Counted from the stretch's first letter, positions 12,676 through 25,732 are shown. The stretch: 64,000 nt of DNA from Eledone cirrhosa (GCA_964016885.1 OZ024743.1:58714001-58778000); one strand, 5' to 3'. Program-made: numbers and translations. The notes: generated by a model not told the origin, from the sequence alone.

Positions 12676-13594
12676 CTAAATTAAAACAAAAATGGCGTAG
12701 ACACACAACACAATAGGGGGAGACATAGTACAACTAATGATGTTGCAGATATGCAACGAAAGAACTTTGGTAGACTATATATATATATATTTATATCTGT
12801 ATTTTTAACCGCTGGCCAATCAATGATAAACATTGATTGCCAAATAAATTAACTATGGAGATATGAATGATACAGAATCGAAAACCAACCAAACAGTGAA
12901 TGTGTTCTGTTATTATTTCTCAGCGGACAGCAGAGGACACGTACCGTTCCTCTCCGACAGATAACTACCCCCGGAAACCCCCCTCCAAATTGATGGATGC
13001 TTATCGTGTTATTATTTTTAATTTTTACGCTCTTTCCTACGTTCTTCTACACATTATACATCTCATTCTATATTCCCTTACATCTCTCTCTTCACCACCG
13101 GATTCTGTTACCCGGAGATTTACCCATCTGCCTTGTTAAGGCTTCCAAAACCACCCCCAAAAAATAAATCTTATTATTCCACAATGCTTTAAGCAAAATT
13201 CAATACTCAATTAAATAATCAATTATTCAGAGCATAATAAATTTCTGAGTGGGAAAACAAATAAGATAATAAAGTTACCTAATTTACTTCTAGGTCCCTA
13301 TTGCAGTTTTTCTGTGTAAGAAGCATCTCAGGTATTCCAATAATTTAGGTTATCATTCTGTGTGAGATATCTCAGCCCATTGAGGGATTTCTCAATCCAA
13401 GAAAAATTTTTTTCAAGTGATCGTTACCAGGGATAATTTCGAGTGGAAATGTATCACGTGGTAGGTGGTCAACAAAAAGGGTAGCAAAATGTGGACTATT
13501 GGCGATTAACGTGATTACTAGAAAAATCAGTCCATCTCAGTCTAATTTTTCCTGAACTGTAAAGGATTATACAACAAAATTATTGTAGATACAT

Positions 13595-13767
<173 letters not shown>

Positions 13768-13986
13768 AATATTGAAGAATAACATGGTCGGCTCTACAAC
13801 CGACCATGAATTCTTCAATCTTTCACTATTATCACTCCTATTATAACCTGCATAGGAATCCTCGCGAACTCACTACCAAACTATGGAAATATCTTGTTGA
13901 GTCAAACAAAGCCGTACGTTAAAACTATCCACAATACGGAGTACTCACAACCTCTAACTCGATTACCTATAACGGTAACTTGTTAT

Positions 13987-14038
<52 letters not shown>

Positions 14039-14079
14039 GAGAGTAAAACAAAGAATCTTTTAATACATCAAAAGTTTTT

Positions 14080-14124
14080 ATTAGCCGACAATGTTTCGTC
14101 CTATTAAGGACTCATCAGGGCAAT
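14080..14124 (-). ncRNA. Type I hammerhead ribozyme (antisense copy)
   Basis: Reverse complement of 18589-18633. Confidence 0.92.
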
Positions 14125-14252
14125 CAAAACAACAAGAAGTAATATCGGCAGATACAAGCCGGAATCTCCGAAGAATATGGAGTGTACATACACTAAAGTC
14201 TTGCAAAAATATATGATAATAAAAATAAAAATAAAAATAATAAAAATATATA

Positions 14253-16710
14253 ATGAGAATAACTAAGGATGTATATAACATTAAGAACCATATTACAAAT
14301 ATAGTCCAAAGCAAAATGGACAAAAATGTTAGGTTTAGGCCAAATAATAGACATAGAAATTATAATAACCTTGATAAGTTCCAGTCCAGACTTAAAAATA
14401 TTGTTAAGGGTTTCAGTGAGAATAAGTCCATTCTTGTCCCGGCAGATAAGACTAAGAATCTAGACTCCATGGACTATAGTACATACCGCGATTTTATTTA
14501 TAAAGAGTTATATAGAAACTATAAAAAAAACTACGCTTGAGAATTTGAACCACACCAATAGTGAGGGCCTTAGAATAGTCTCTGACCTCGGACTCGATAA
14601 ATATACCCAGCCATATTACCCTCGAGAACCGAGATTCACACTTAAGGATCATAAGGTTGATTTTATTAGTAAACCCTCAGTTAGACTTATCTGTCCTTCT
14701 AAGTCAGATATAGCCATTATCAGTAAAAAAATCCTTGACCTTATTATACCAGATGTTAGGGATCAGGTTAATTTTAACCTATGGGGGAACACTGGGGAAG
14801 TTATAGATTGGTTCTCTGGGATTAATAGAATTGAATCTAATAAGTTTATCCAATTCGATATTGATGCCTACTACACATCAATTTCACCCATCCTCCTCAA
14901 TAAAGCCTTAATGTTGGCCATGAGAGTGTCCAGGCTTACACGATCGCAGGTAGATATTATACTAGCAGCCCGTAAAACTATTATTAAATTTGAGGACACA
15001 TTTTGGACCCGTAAAAACACGCCCAATAATTTCGACGTTACAATGGGTTCGAGTGATTCGGCCCAGGTTACTGATCTTGTTGGGTTGTTCCTCCTTAATG
15101 AACTATACGCTACCTTCCCGCACCTTATAGGCGGACTATATCGTGATGATGCATTGTTTGTAATTAACTCTAGCACCAACAATGTAGAACATAATAAGAA
15201 GAAGCTTTATAAGTTTTTTAAAAGCTACAACCTTTCGATCACGATAGATAGAAATGATAGAGCGGTTAACTTTTTAGATGTGACTTTGGACTTGGTCACT
15301 AATAGTTTTAAACCCTTCCATAAGCCTAATGAAATTCTTTCTTATGTTAGCCCCAACTCTAACCACCCTAAGTCTATGATAAACTCTATAATTAAGGGCG
15401 TATCTAATAGGATTTCCACACTCTCTAAGGACATAGGAACATTTAATGAACATGCGGAGTACTACAATAATGCCCTAGCATATTCAGGTCACTCTAGTAA
15501 AATAAATTATAATAATAGTAACCTTAGAAAGTCTCCGCTTACTCTTAATAATAATAACATTATATCATATAACATGGCCATGAATGGGAGTAGCAAATAT
15601 AGTAACCGTAGAAATTATATAGGTGTATCTGAACCCATCCATAAGTTAACCCACCGGACTCGTAATACCAAATATAATACCTCTAGGAGACAAGTTGAAC
15701 CCCCTGTGCGCTCACGCATTGGTGTTGGTTTTGCTGGATCTTATTCTAATAATGTTGCTCCTACTGATCCTATCATTGGCCCTAATCCTCTTGAAGGGAT
15801 TCCGGACAGCAGCAGATCTACTGGAGGTAGAGACTATAATAGACATAACGAAATTATGGCTGATTCTATGAATGTGGCTTCAACTAATCCTGATAGTAAC
15901 CCTAGTCTCGACGTTGGGACATTTGATAAAGGTAGGGTCGGTAAGAATAAAAATAAAAATAGAAGGCGATTAAATACTTATTTCAACCCGCCATACAATC
16001 AGGATGTATCAACTAATATCCCTAGATCTTTCTTCACTATCTTAGAGAAAAATTTCCCCCCTTCTCATAAATACCATGGTATTTTTAATAAAAATGTTAT
16101 TAAACTCTCATTCTCTACCACCCCTAATATTAGTTCTCATTTAGCTAGCACTAATAATAGGAAAATTAGGGATGGATTCTCCTCTCTACATACTACTAGT
16201 CTGAACGGATCTGACAATGCTTTACCACCAGAACAGTCCTTATCTAATAGAGGTCCTACGTGTAATACATCACCACTCGAGCCAACCAATAACACCCGGA
16301 AGTGCAATTGTAGAGTGAGTGCTAACTGCCCTCTAAACGGTAACTGCCTTTCTAAGAACATTGTCTACGCTTGCGAAGTTATAACTAATTCCTCTAATAG
16401 AACGTATATAGGATCTACTTCAAACACTTTTAAGACTAGGTTTAACTCTCATATCTCTAACTTCAAACATGTTAGGTTTAAGAATTCTACCTCTTTAGTG
16501 CATTATATCTGGGATCTTAAGGGAGCTTATATACCATATAGCCTTAACTGGCGTTTAGTAGCACGCTCTAACCACCTTCCTATAATTTTCTCTAGCGTAT
16601 CCTTACTTAATAGAAAGTCTGAGATATTCTCTTCTTGCCCCCACGCCATTTCTAATTCTTATTTTTATTATAAACCCAAACGTTCTAGTAGTACAAATTG
16701 TACCCATTAG
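14253..16710 (+). pseudogene. PLE reverse transcriptase-GIY-YIG endonuclease ORF with one +1 frameshift in the A8 run at 14523-14530
   Basis: ADKT, TLKDHK, FIQFDIDAYY, VTMGS, YRDD, FLDV, CNCRVSANCPLNGNC, IVY..YIGST; the C-terminal CxxC block seen in PLE2/3 is missing. Confidence 0.88.
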
Positions 16711-17621
16711 CAGATATATTCCATTACTTAGTTTTTAGTTTAGGTTCTTTTGTTTGCCAACATTATTGTTATCATCATTATTACCATTGGTTTTTGATGA
16801 CTCTTCATTCTAGCTCTCATTTGGCTACTGTACCATATCTATGTTTTCACTATTACACCTTGTTAATATATATAAGATTACACACTTTACGCCACTTACG
16901 TTATTCAATTATTATCTTTATTTTTATTTTTATTATTAATTTTATTTTTAATTCTATTTTTATTTTTAATTTTATTCAGATTCATCTTTGGATAACCCCC
17001 CCCCCCCCCCCACCCTCCCCCTTACCCCTCCCCCCGTGCGCACATAAACTTATTGTCAACCCCTCCAGATTGACTATGATTATATTTACCCCCCCCCCTC
17101 TTTTACGCTCCGTTCTATTATTTATTATAGTATATCGACTATATTTTATGCCACTTCGCATCCTCCATATATTTCATCAATTCTGTCCCCATTAGCCTAC
17201 CTTAATTCTACTTAAGTCAGTTTTTTAGTTATCGTTACGTATATGATAGTAAAAAATGTCATTCCTTTTTGTAAACATTTGTAACGAAACATTAAAGTTT
17301 ATAAACTTTAATGACTTAAACTACAGCTAATATTATACTACCCTATTCGATAGTTTTGATATTTTTAATATTAATTTATCAAATAGGGTTTTGAGTCAAT
17401 TAAAATGATTGTTTTCCTTAGTGTTTACCTAACTTCTTAACCTTATTTGCTTTTGTTTTGTAATTTCCGGTTGATTATATTTATTTATTTTATTCTATAT
17501 TCTATTTACTATTCACTGTCTGGCTTTACTTACACATCCACATATGTCTGTCTACAAACCTTGTAATTATAAGTATTTATATATTATTTTATGTCAATTT
17601 ATAATATATTATATTATATTG

Positions 17622-17808
17622 TATTGTAATATTGATCCTTATTACTTACTGTTCATTATATGTCACATTATGATATTTAAACTTTATATATCATGTGAGA
17701 TGTCTGTATTTTTGTAATATTGTAATATTGATCCTTATTACTGACTGTTCATTATATGTAACATTATGATATTTAGACTTTACATATAAGATGTAAGATG
17801 TTTGTATA
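17622..17808. repeat. ~96-bp tandem duplication in the PLE1 3' UTR
   Basis: TATTGTAATATTGATCCTTATTACT.ACTGTTCATTATATGT... at ~17622 and ~17718. Confidence 0.75.
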
Positions 17809-18588
17809 TTTTTTTCTGTACCATCATAATTTTTCCTGTACCATTATAGTGTTTTTTTGAGTATTATATAATTTAATTTTCCTCTTTTACTCTGTAACCC
17901 AGTATGAATCGATTTGTATATATTGTTTATTGTAAATGTTAGTACACTGTTAACATATTATCATTGTATTTTATTGTGACATCTATATTGTTTCTGTAAA
18001 TTAACCGGGTATTATCTATTATATTATATTGAATTATATAATTTTATTGTTTATTATTGATTATATGTGTCTCTTGTAATTATATCATATTATTGCCTCA
18101 TGTATATTGGGTAGATGTATTGGTATTATTTTCACTCTTATCATTCTTATTTTTATATTCAAACTTCTAATAAGGCTTAATTTGTGTAGTTGAACATAGA
18201 TGTGCGTGTTGTTATATATGTGTGTGTGTGTGTGTGTGTGTGAGCGCACATATATACATGTATATATTGTACCTTTTGATTTTTAATTGTAATTTTAATG
18301 TTGGTAAAGGTATATTATTATAATGTATTATGTTATATTACATTGTGTTATATATAATTCCTGCTCTATATAACCAAATTTGTTCAGATTTAGGTTAGTT
18401 GCTTTGGACTATATTTGTAATATGGTTCTTAATGTTATATACATCCTTAGTTATTCTTATTATATATTTTTATTATTTTTATTTTTATTTTTATTATCAT
18501 ATATTTTTGCAAGACTTTAGTGTATGTACACTCCATATTCTTCGGAGATTCCGGCTTGTATCTGCCGATATTACTTCTTGTTGTTTTG

Positions 18589-18633
18589 ATTGCCCTGATG
18601 AGTCCTTAATAGGACGAAACATTGTCGGCTAAT
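18589..18633 (+). ncRNA. Type I hammerhead ribozyme, canonical core
   Basis: GCC-CTGATGA-GTCCT taat AGGAC-GAAAC-ATT-GTC|GGC; predicted cleavage after C18626; minimal stem III. Confidence 0.93.
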
Positions 18634-18800
18634 AAAAACTTTTGATGTATTAAAGGATTCTTTATTTTACTCTCTTAATTTTTTGGCTCTGTTTAACTGC
18701 ATTGAGCTATACCTTTTACTGTCATTTCTATAATACGAAGAGGGTGTTTAACTCCAACACGCTCCAGTATTCTAATCCTTATATATATATATAGGATTTA

Positions 18801-20888
18801 TTGAAAACTACCATGGACATTAAGTTCAACAAACATAGAAATAATGAGCTGCAGAACAACATGAAAGCACTACTCCGAAGATTGCAAAATACCAATGGAA
18901 TTGTTGTGAAAGCTGACAAGACTTCTAACGTGTATACCATGGATATCGATACGTACAATAACTTCATACGCAACGAACTACACAAAAAATATAGAAAAAC
19001 AAATGAAACTACGCTAGCAAATATTAACAACGAGGCATATAAAGTGGTAAAGAATCTCAAGATAGACGATAGAACCGAGCCGATTATACCCGCTACCCCA
19101 CCTTCAACCTGAAGGACCATAAGGTAAATTTTGACTCTAACCCTAAGATTAGACTTATATGCCCTTCTAAATCAGACATAGGGAAAATTAGCAAACATAT
19201 ACTTGACAGAGTAATAACTCAAGTGAAAAAGAAAACTGAAATTAAATTATGGGGCAACACTAGAGAAGCAATTCGCTGGTTTAATAATGTTAAGAATAAG
19301 AATAAATCTAAGTTTATACAATTTGACATAGACGAATACTACTCTTCCATCTCACCAAGCACTTTACGTAAGGCCCTATCGTTTGCTAAGGCCAATTCCG
19401 ACCTAACGGAGGACGAAATTAATATTATTCTCGAGGCTAGAAAAACCATTATTAAGTTCGATAACTGCTACTGGGAACGTAAGGACAGACCCACAAATTT
19501 CGATATTACCATGGGTTCCAACGACTCGGCGGAGGTCACGGATCTCGTGGGAATTTACATAGCCCACATATTACATAGTAGATTTAGTAATCTACAGGGG
19601 GGGGGGGGGGATATATAGAGATGACGGGCTCTTATTAGTTAATAACATGAATAACCAAAATCTTGAAAGGCTACGGAAAAATATTAGAAAATCTTTTAGT
19701 GAACTGGGTCTAAAAATAACATATGAATACAATCTTAAAGTAGTAAACTTTCTGGACGTAACTCTTAATTTAAATACCGGACAGATACGACCCTTCCACA
19801 AGGTAAATGAGAACCTTACGTATATTAACTTTAACTCTAATCACCCACTCTCCATGATCAAATCAGTTAGAATCTCTCGCCTATCGTCTAACTCTGATAT
19901 TTTTAGTGAACATGCTGAGTACTACAATAATGCATTAAGGAATGCTGACCACCGGGATACAATAGAATATATCGATAGTAATTTCCACAACACACATAGC
20001 TCTACACGTAATCAAGGTATACGTAACCGGGGGACTAAAACACAAGCACACACACACGGTACTACCAGACATACTAATAATAGAAGATCACCACCAAATA
20101 AATCACGTTGTAGAAAGTATATCTGGTACAATCCTATTTTTAATGCCTCGATTAGTACAAAACTATCTCTTTCATTCTTTAAATTAATCAATAAACACTT
20201 CCCTAGTTCCCATAAGTACAGCAAAATTCTGAACTCTAAAACTATTAGACTATCATACTCCACGGCACCAAACCTTGAAGCATACATAAAAAAACTTAAC
20301 TTAAGGCAATTAAACAACTCTACAAAACAAAACATTTTAGTAACAGATGGGCAGAACGCAATATCTGCCTCCCAACCACTAAATGGGAGACGGGTATTGC
20401 ACAACCCACCTGTACCGCTATCACAACCTATCCATGGTATACCCGCTACCCACAACAAAGAATGTAACTGCCATCTACCTGAAAGATGTCCATTGCAGAA
20501 TGAATGCCTAAAGTCCAACATTGTTTACCAATGCACGGTTGAATCGAACGACCAGAAATGGTATTATATCGGATCTACCACCACATCGTTTAAATCTCGC
20601 TGGTACCGTCATCGATTCTCAATCAAACATCCGAATCACCGTTTTGTGACCACGCTCGCCAACAAGACCTGGCAACTCCGTGAACACAACCAACAGTTCA
20701 CCTTAAAATGGGATATACTTTCCAGCGCAAATGCATATCGGAGTGGATTGAAGTACTGCAGGTTATGTAACCTTGAGCTATTTTACATACTAAAATCCAA
20801 AAACAAACTACTTAACGATAGAATTGAACGATCATTATACTGCAACCACAAACTAAAAGCTAAATTATCTCACTATAAAATAACTTAA
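18801..20888 (+). pseudogene. PLE RT-GIY-YIG ORF with two homopolymer frameshifts (C4 near 19097, G14 at 19597-19610)
   Basis: ADKT, NLKDHK, FIQFDIDEYY, ITMGS, IYRDDG, FLDV, CNCHLPERCPLQNEC, IVY..YIGST, CRLC, CNH. Confidence 0.88.
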
Positions 20889-21382
20889 CATTCGAACCCG
20901 TAACTACAACACCACTTTCTAGCTAACAACCTTCTCTTCCCCCCACACTACAAGACAATACACTGCTTATCACTATACATGGTAACTCAGTACAATTCCT
21001 AGATTACTACTACAAAACCAAAAGTTCACTCACCACACATACTTTATCTGTCCCCTCTCTACCTATATATCTCTCTCTACATCCATTACACTCTCTCTCT
21101 CTCTCACCTTTGACCTACCTCCCTCTCAACATCTATGAACCTGCCCTCTGGGGCAATAAATAATTCCGACCTCAACTATCTACGCATCTCTCCAAAAGTA
21201 ACCAATAAAACGCCTACCATAACATTTTGATTAAGATATCTACAAGCCACTCTCTCCTACTTCTCCAACCCCTGCATATCTTTCCTTCTCTCTCCCTCTT
21301 CCCTACTTTTCTCTCTTCCTGTTCCACTCTATCTTCCCCAACAACCCCACTTAAGGGTTTTTACATTGTACATTTACCATTC

Positions 21383-21494
21383 TGCTCTGAGGAAACAGTG
21401 GTCACAGCATTGGATATTCGAGTTCTGCAAATACTTGTGAATTTGCACGTAGCGGATCTAGGCTGCAGTACCACCGTGGAAACACTTGTAAGCA
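21383..21494 (+). ncRNA. Type I hammerhead ribozyme with extended (~85 nt) stem II
   Basis: TGCT-CTGAGGA-aACAGTGGT...ACCACCGTg-GAAAC-ACTT-GTA|AGCA; internal hairpin TGCAAAT/ATTTGCA. Confidence 0.75.
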
Positions 21495-21542
21495 CACGGA
21501 ATAAATTACCTTTTTATGATGTCTACCTGTTATTATTCATTC

Positions 21543-21587
<45 letters not shown>

Positions 21588-22017
21588 AGTCATACATATA
21601 AAGGTGTCGTTCAGTTAACAGTTTTGCTCAATGAGAGAATTAATTAAATAATACAATAGTAAGAGCATTATAAATTTATGAGTTGGAAAAGCTAATAGGA
21701 TATGAAAAAAGATTCCTTGGCTATATGAGTGTTTGTGCACCCGTGTACGAGCGTGAGAATCTGTGTTAACGTGTGTTCTGATATATACATATATGTATGT
21801 ATATGGACACGCATATTTTTATATATGCGTATTCATATTTTCATGCGCCACGTGTGCGGCTGCATGTACATGTTTCGCAAAGAATTATTTTTCATAAGGA
21901 GCTATAGCCGCCGATGGAGCTCTAGCTGCCGATGACAATCTTTTAATTTTGACTGAAAAACGAACCGGCAATAATATCTGCTCTCTTAGGGAATCTTCGA
22001 GTAATATATATATGCAT

Positions 22018-22048
<31 letters not shown>

Positions 22049-22100
22049 CACGTACACACATCCGCGCTCGCAAACACACACATACACATACATACATACG

Positions 22101-22175
<75 letters not shown>

Positions 22176-22331
22176 CCTCCACCCCCCACACACACACATA
22201 TATATAATAAATAAATAAAAACACTCGAAAGACTCAGATTACATTTATAGTATTCAGCCATGTAGAGTGATATTACTTTTTTTATAATTGAATAGGGCAA
22301 AGCCCACCATTAATTGCTCGTATACAGGAAA

Positions 22332-22440
22332 CTGACCAGCCTGTCTGCTAATATGTAAATCAAGCTGATCAGTGGATCTGCTAATATGCAGATCTGACTG
22401 ATCAGCCTGTCCGCTATTATCCAAAGTAGGCTGATCAGTC
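22332..22440. repeat. 33-bp tandem repeat, 3+ units
   Basis: CTGATCAGCCTGTC.GCTAATATG..AAT..AG-like units at 22332, 22365, 22398, 22431. Confidence 0.75.
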
Positions 22441-22502
22441 CCTGTATATTTTAGAAAATATATATTTTCACTAGTACTGACAGTTGGCAGGTGAACAGTG
22501 AA

Positions 22503-22546
22503 CTGCACTGATGAAGGGTGATACCCTGAAACATTAGTGTCTGCAG
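22503..22546 (+). ncRNA. Type I hammerhead ribozyme (solo)
   Basis: CTGCA-CTGATGA-AGGGT gat ACCCT-GAAAC-ATTAGT-GTC|TGCAG; all three stems pair. Confidence 0.92.
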
Positions 22547-22721
22547 GTCTGTTTACTTGTCAACACAAAAGCAACAGTGAGGGGCTCATTCTACTGGCAT
22601 TGCTTTAAAAAATAAAAATGATACTTTTTGCATAATTGCAAACGAATCGAATATTATTATTAATATTCGACAAACTCAGATTACACACACACACATATAT
22701 ATATATATGTATATATATTAC

Positions 22722-23100
22722 TCTGGTCACTTCCAACCGACCAATTCAACAACAAGAGGTTAAATCCTATGTAGGTATGGTAGAGTGCCGGTTTAATGAA
22801 CACTTCCTGAACCATCAGTCGACCTTTAGATATCCGGACAAACAATACTCAACGAAACTCGCGAGCCATGTATGGTTCCTTAAAGACTCGGGCATGACTA
22901 CTCCATCCAATGGAAAGGTATCATTAAATTCAAGCCATACGCAAGGGGAAATACGTCTTGTGGACTGTGTATTGAAGAAAGGAACAATATCCTGAGATGT
23001 CACGCAATAACGATTGCCTAAATTCAAGGAATGATCTTTTTTCACATTGGCCACACGTCAGGAAACACCTATTACACAACTACAAAGCTGCAGATTGAAT
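22722..23100 (+). mobile_element. PLE GIY-YIG 3' fragment
   Basis: KSYVGMVECRFNEHFLNHQSTFRYPDKQYSTKLASHVWFLKD, then a frameshifted CGLCIEE. Confidence 0.75.
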
Positions 23101-23342
23101 AACATCAACGATCCAATATTCTGAGCAAATCGAACAATTTAGTCCAGATATCCAGGGTTATCTCCCATACAGCGATCGACCGTGGGATACCTTGTTCAGG
23201 AGAAGTGATCGTTTCTGCTCATGAGGATTCGTACGTTTGATTTTCCTTTTCCGTATAACATCATTCAGACCGAGCTGAAGATCCGCATAAGGTGAAAAGG
23301 TTGTTCTCGGCATGGTGAACTAACTGTTGTGGAACTACATCT

Positions 23343-23452
<110 letters not shown>

Positions 23453-23479
23453 TATATATGGATATGTATAAAACAAAGA

Positions 23480-23676
23480 GGGTGTGGTAAGATAACAGGT
23501 GGACCATAACGCACCTAAGTACTCAATACTTAGGGTAGTAGAGTGGGCCTTAAGAAAAGAGTGAGGACTCCGACGGCTGAGCACCGGTCGTTTTGACAGT
23601 TAGATCCGAAGAGCTAGAGTTCGGATCTACTGTCGAAAAGGCCGGAGCCCAGCCGTCGGGGTCCTAACTCTTTTGC
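23480..23676. repeat. pLTR remnant of PLE family D ending in a ~56-bp-arm fold-back (23555-23674)
   Basis: Same sequence family as 46848-46975 and 38970-39097; arms AAAAGAGT..GGAC.CCGACGGCTG...TAGATCCGAA / TTCGGATCTA...CAGCCGTCGGGGTCC..ACTCTTTT. Confidence 0.75.
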
Positions 23677-23712
<36 letters not shown>

Positions 23713-24075
23713 CAGACTTGGCATAACTGGACAAGTAGGTGAGTGGCTGCATGATTTATTACAAGACAGAAGGCAGACAGTTGCAGCCAATGGGGCCCTA
23801 TCAAAGGAAACATCAATAACAAGTGATGTCCCCCAGGGCACAGTCTTTTGACCGCTACTGTTTTTTATGACTCTCTCAGACATGTTCTCTGTAGTACATA
23901 CAACAGCCCGCACTAGTTATGCTGATGACACAAATGAAGCACAGGCGATCAAGTATCCGGCTGATGCTGCCCTTTTACAAGATCTGAACGTCATATACAA
24001 ATAGCCTGAGGACAACACATGCAGTTTAATACTGGAACATTTTAAGTCCTACAATACCAACCTGCAAACACAAAT
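23713..24075 (+). mobile_element. CR1-like LINE RT fragment
   Basis: LGITGQVGEWLHDLLQDRRQTVAANGALS..SDVPQGTVF*PLLF...SYADDT. Confidence 0.8.
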
Positions 24076-24077
24076 AC

Positions 24078-24212
24078 TAGGGCAGATAAAGTTAACATTT
24101 TCTTAGCCCATTGCACTTCAAGAAATATAAGTAATGTATGTGTAAAGTTTGAAAAAAGTCGGTTGGGTAGTTCTCGAGTTTCAGGGATTTACACAGACAG
24201 ACAGACATCCTC

Positions 24213-24220
<8 letters not shown>
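24078..24220 (-). mobile_element. Fragment of the non-autonomous Helitron family at 47506
   Basis: Shares CTAGGGCA...AAAGTTT.AAAAAA...GGTTGGGTA.TTCTCGAGTT.CAGG with 47893-48002. Confidence 0.5.
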
Positions 24221-24268
<48 letters not shown>

Positions 24269-24365
24269 AACTCCTGCTAGCAGGGAAAGTGGACATTTAA
24301 AACAACGACCTGCAACATTTTAAATAGACTTTAGTCTATTTCCATGCCAGTATGGATTGAATGTG

Positions 24366-24412
24366 TGTCACTGATGAAAGATTAACTAATATTGAAACAA
24401 CACTGTCTGGCA
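24366..24412 (+). ncRNA. Type I hammerhead ribozyme (solo)
   Basis: TGTCA-CTGATGA-AAGATTA ac TAATATT-GAAAC-AACACT-GTC|TGGCA. Confidence 0.82.
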
Positions 24413-25313
24413 TCCTTGCGTGGACTGGCAACTCTGTTATATATTATTAGAGGAAAATAGAGACAAATAAATTGCTTTGTTACGAAAAAATAATTTTCTT
24501 TGATAGCAAGTCTACTAAAATGAACATGTTTTCATCTTCACCCCTATAATGCTTAAAAACGTAAGATAGAAATCTGATTTTATTTTATTGCTCTCTCTCT
24601 CTCTCGTTTTCTTGCTCTATCTCTCCTTTCTCTCTTACTTGCTGTCTCTCTCTCCCACTTCTACTCAATGAATTGCTATACAAGGTTCTCTTATTCGATT
24701 GTTTACATTCACCTACTCCCAGTATGTGAGTGGCCAGAAATAATTAAAAGTTTGAGAAACTTGTTGAAACTATAAAACGAATGAAATGGTAAAAATGCAT
24801 TACATAATGGAGTTGTGAAACAAAAACTATATTCTATACGACACTTAAAACATTTTAAACATCAAAATATTAAAACTTCATAAATATATTTTATACTCAT
24901 GAGTATTTCAAAACCACACAATCTAAACATGTGTTGATTAGCTACCTCAGCTTATAAACGGGTTTTCGACATTTGCCCATTTCTCAAGCATAAAATAGGA
25001 GTTTAGATTATATTTAGTTCAGTTGATATTTGAGTATATATGGTAATGTCACTGTTATGTCTAATTTAGGGAAAAGAGAAACAAATAGAGAGGATAACAA
25101 AATATTATCAAATTCTGGCTATCACTATATATGATTACCATATTGCTCTAGATTCAGAAACCCTAGAAAAAAGAAAAAGTTGTACCATTATATTAATGAC
25201 TTTCTGTTTCTATTTCAAATGACATAAACTCATTAAGCTCGAAATTATATATACATATATATACACACACACACTCAGACACATACACACACAAACACAC
25301 ACACACACACACG

Positions 25314-25555
<242 letters not shown>

Positions 25556-25690
25556 GGAAAGTGCAAAGTCTACATATAACAGAAATATAAGAGAAAGAAA
25601 AAGATAGGAAAATAGAAGAAATGGAAAGAAGGAGAAATAGGAAAAAAGAAAGTGAAGAGCGGAAAAAAGGAAAAAAAAGGAAAAAAAGAA

Positions 25691-25732
<42 letters not shown>

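Larger units (their letters stand above)
14034..18778 (+). mobile_element. Penelope-like element 1 (Hydra-type) with 3' pLTR and inverted 5' pLTR copy
   Basis: RT+GIY-YIG ORF; near-perfect 281-bp inverted repeats 14034-14314 / 18399-18679; hammerheads in both; (TA)n on both flanks. Confidence 0.92.
18794..21549 (+). mobile_element. Penelope-like element 2 (Hydra-type, different family)
   Basis: RT+GIY-YIG pieces, 3' UTR, hammerhead, flanked by (TA)n. Confidence 0.9.

Noticed and set aside
14538-14540. TGA in PLE1 as selenocysteine (as reported for Naiad PLEs)
   Set aside because: The TGA is out of frame after an A-run frameshift and not at a conserved Cys position; the same applies to 19110.
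14081-18632. Identical hydrophobic ~80-aa ORFs at 14081-14323 and 18399-18632
   Set aside because: A by-product of the T-rich inverted pLTR with non-ATG starts; no coding evidence.
22332-22440. CRISPR-like array (also 60314-60627 and 3611-3760)
   Set aside because: Contiguous tandem units without unique spacers, no cas genes, eukaryotic context.
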